Source of the DNA: the human T2T-CHM13v2.0 reference genome, Homo sapiens
DNA: 64,000 bases
NCBI RefSeq assembly: GCF_009914755.1
Contig: NC_060927.1
Reading direction: 5' to 3' (one strand)
Shown here: positions 61,800-64,000 of the stretch, piece after piece
Position numbering within the stretch: position 1 is the stretch's first letter
Layout of the letters: each line of letters opens with the position of its first letter
Position numbers and translations under genes: made by a program
Notes under the pieces: model-generated
Seen by the model: the letters and a program-made list of their open reading frames with translations, nothing else
Databases searched by the model: none
What the model was told of the DNA's origin: nothing

Positions 61800-64000
<2,201 letters not shown>

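Overview
Human genomic DNA covering the 3' end of the receptor tyrosine kinase gene EPHA3 (+ strand; 3p11 from prior knowledge). It contains most of the second-to-last intron, the 156-nt SAM-domain exon (20837-20992), the terminal exon (coding 27770-27875, ending ...KNGPVPV*, 3'UTR to about 30500) and about 33 kb of repeat-rich downstream intergenic DNA. The dominant feature is a full-length, very young L1HS (Ta-1d) inserted antisense in the intron (about 9203-15228, 15-bp TSD). On this allele ORF1 has a 1-bp frameshift and ORF2 has a nonsense codon 14 aa before its end, but the antisense promoter region and ORF0 are intact. The second ORF0 splice donor is exactly in phase with the next EPHA3 exon. 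This predicts a 150-aa ORF0-EPHA3(SAM+PDZ-binding motif) fusion protein, and the L1 antisense poly(A) site could supply the matching kinase-only upstream transcript ('gene breaking'). Expression of either is inference, not shown by the sequence. Other notable structures are a 110-bp locally templated inverted duplication (56022-57057), a twin-primed L1PA that could fold back on the L1HS in pre-mRNA, and small template-switch or duplication scars. The remainder is Alu, L1, L2, MIR, MaLR/ERVL, MER and microsatellite sequence. Repeat subfamily calls and boundaries were made by eye and are approximate.
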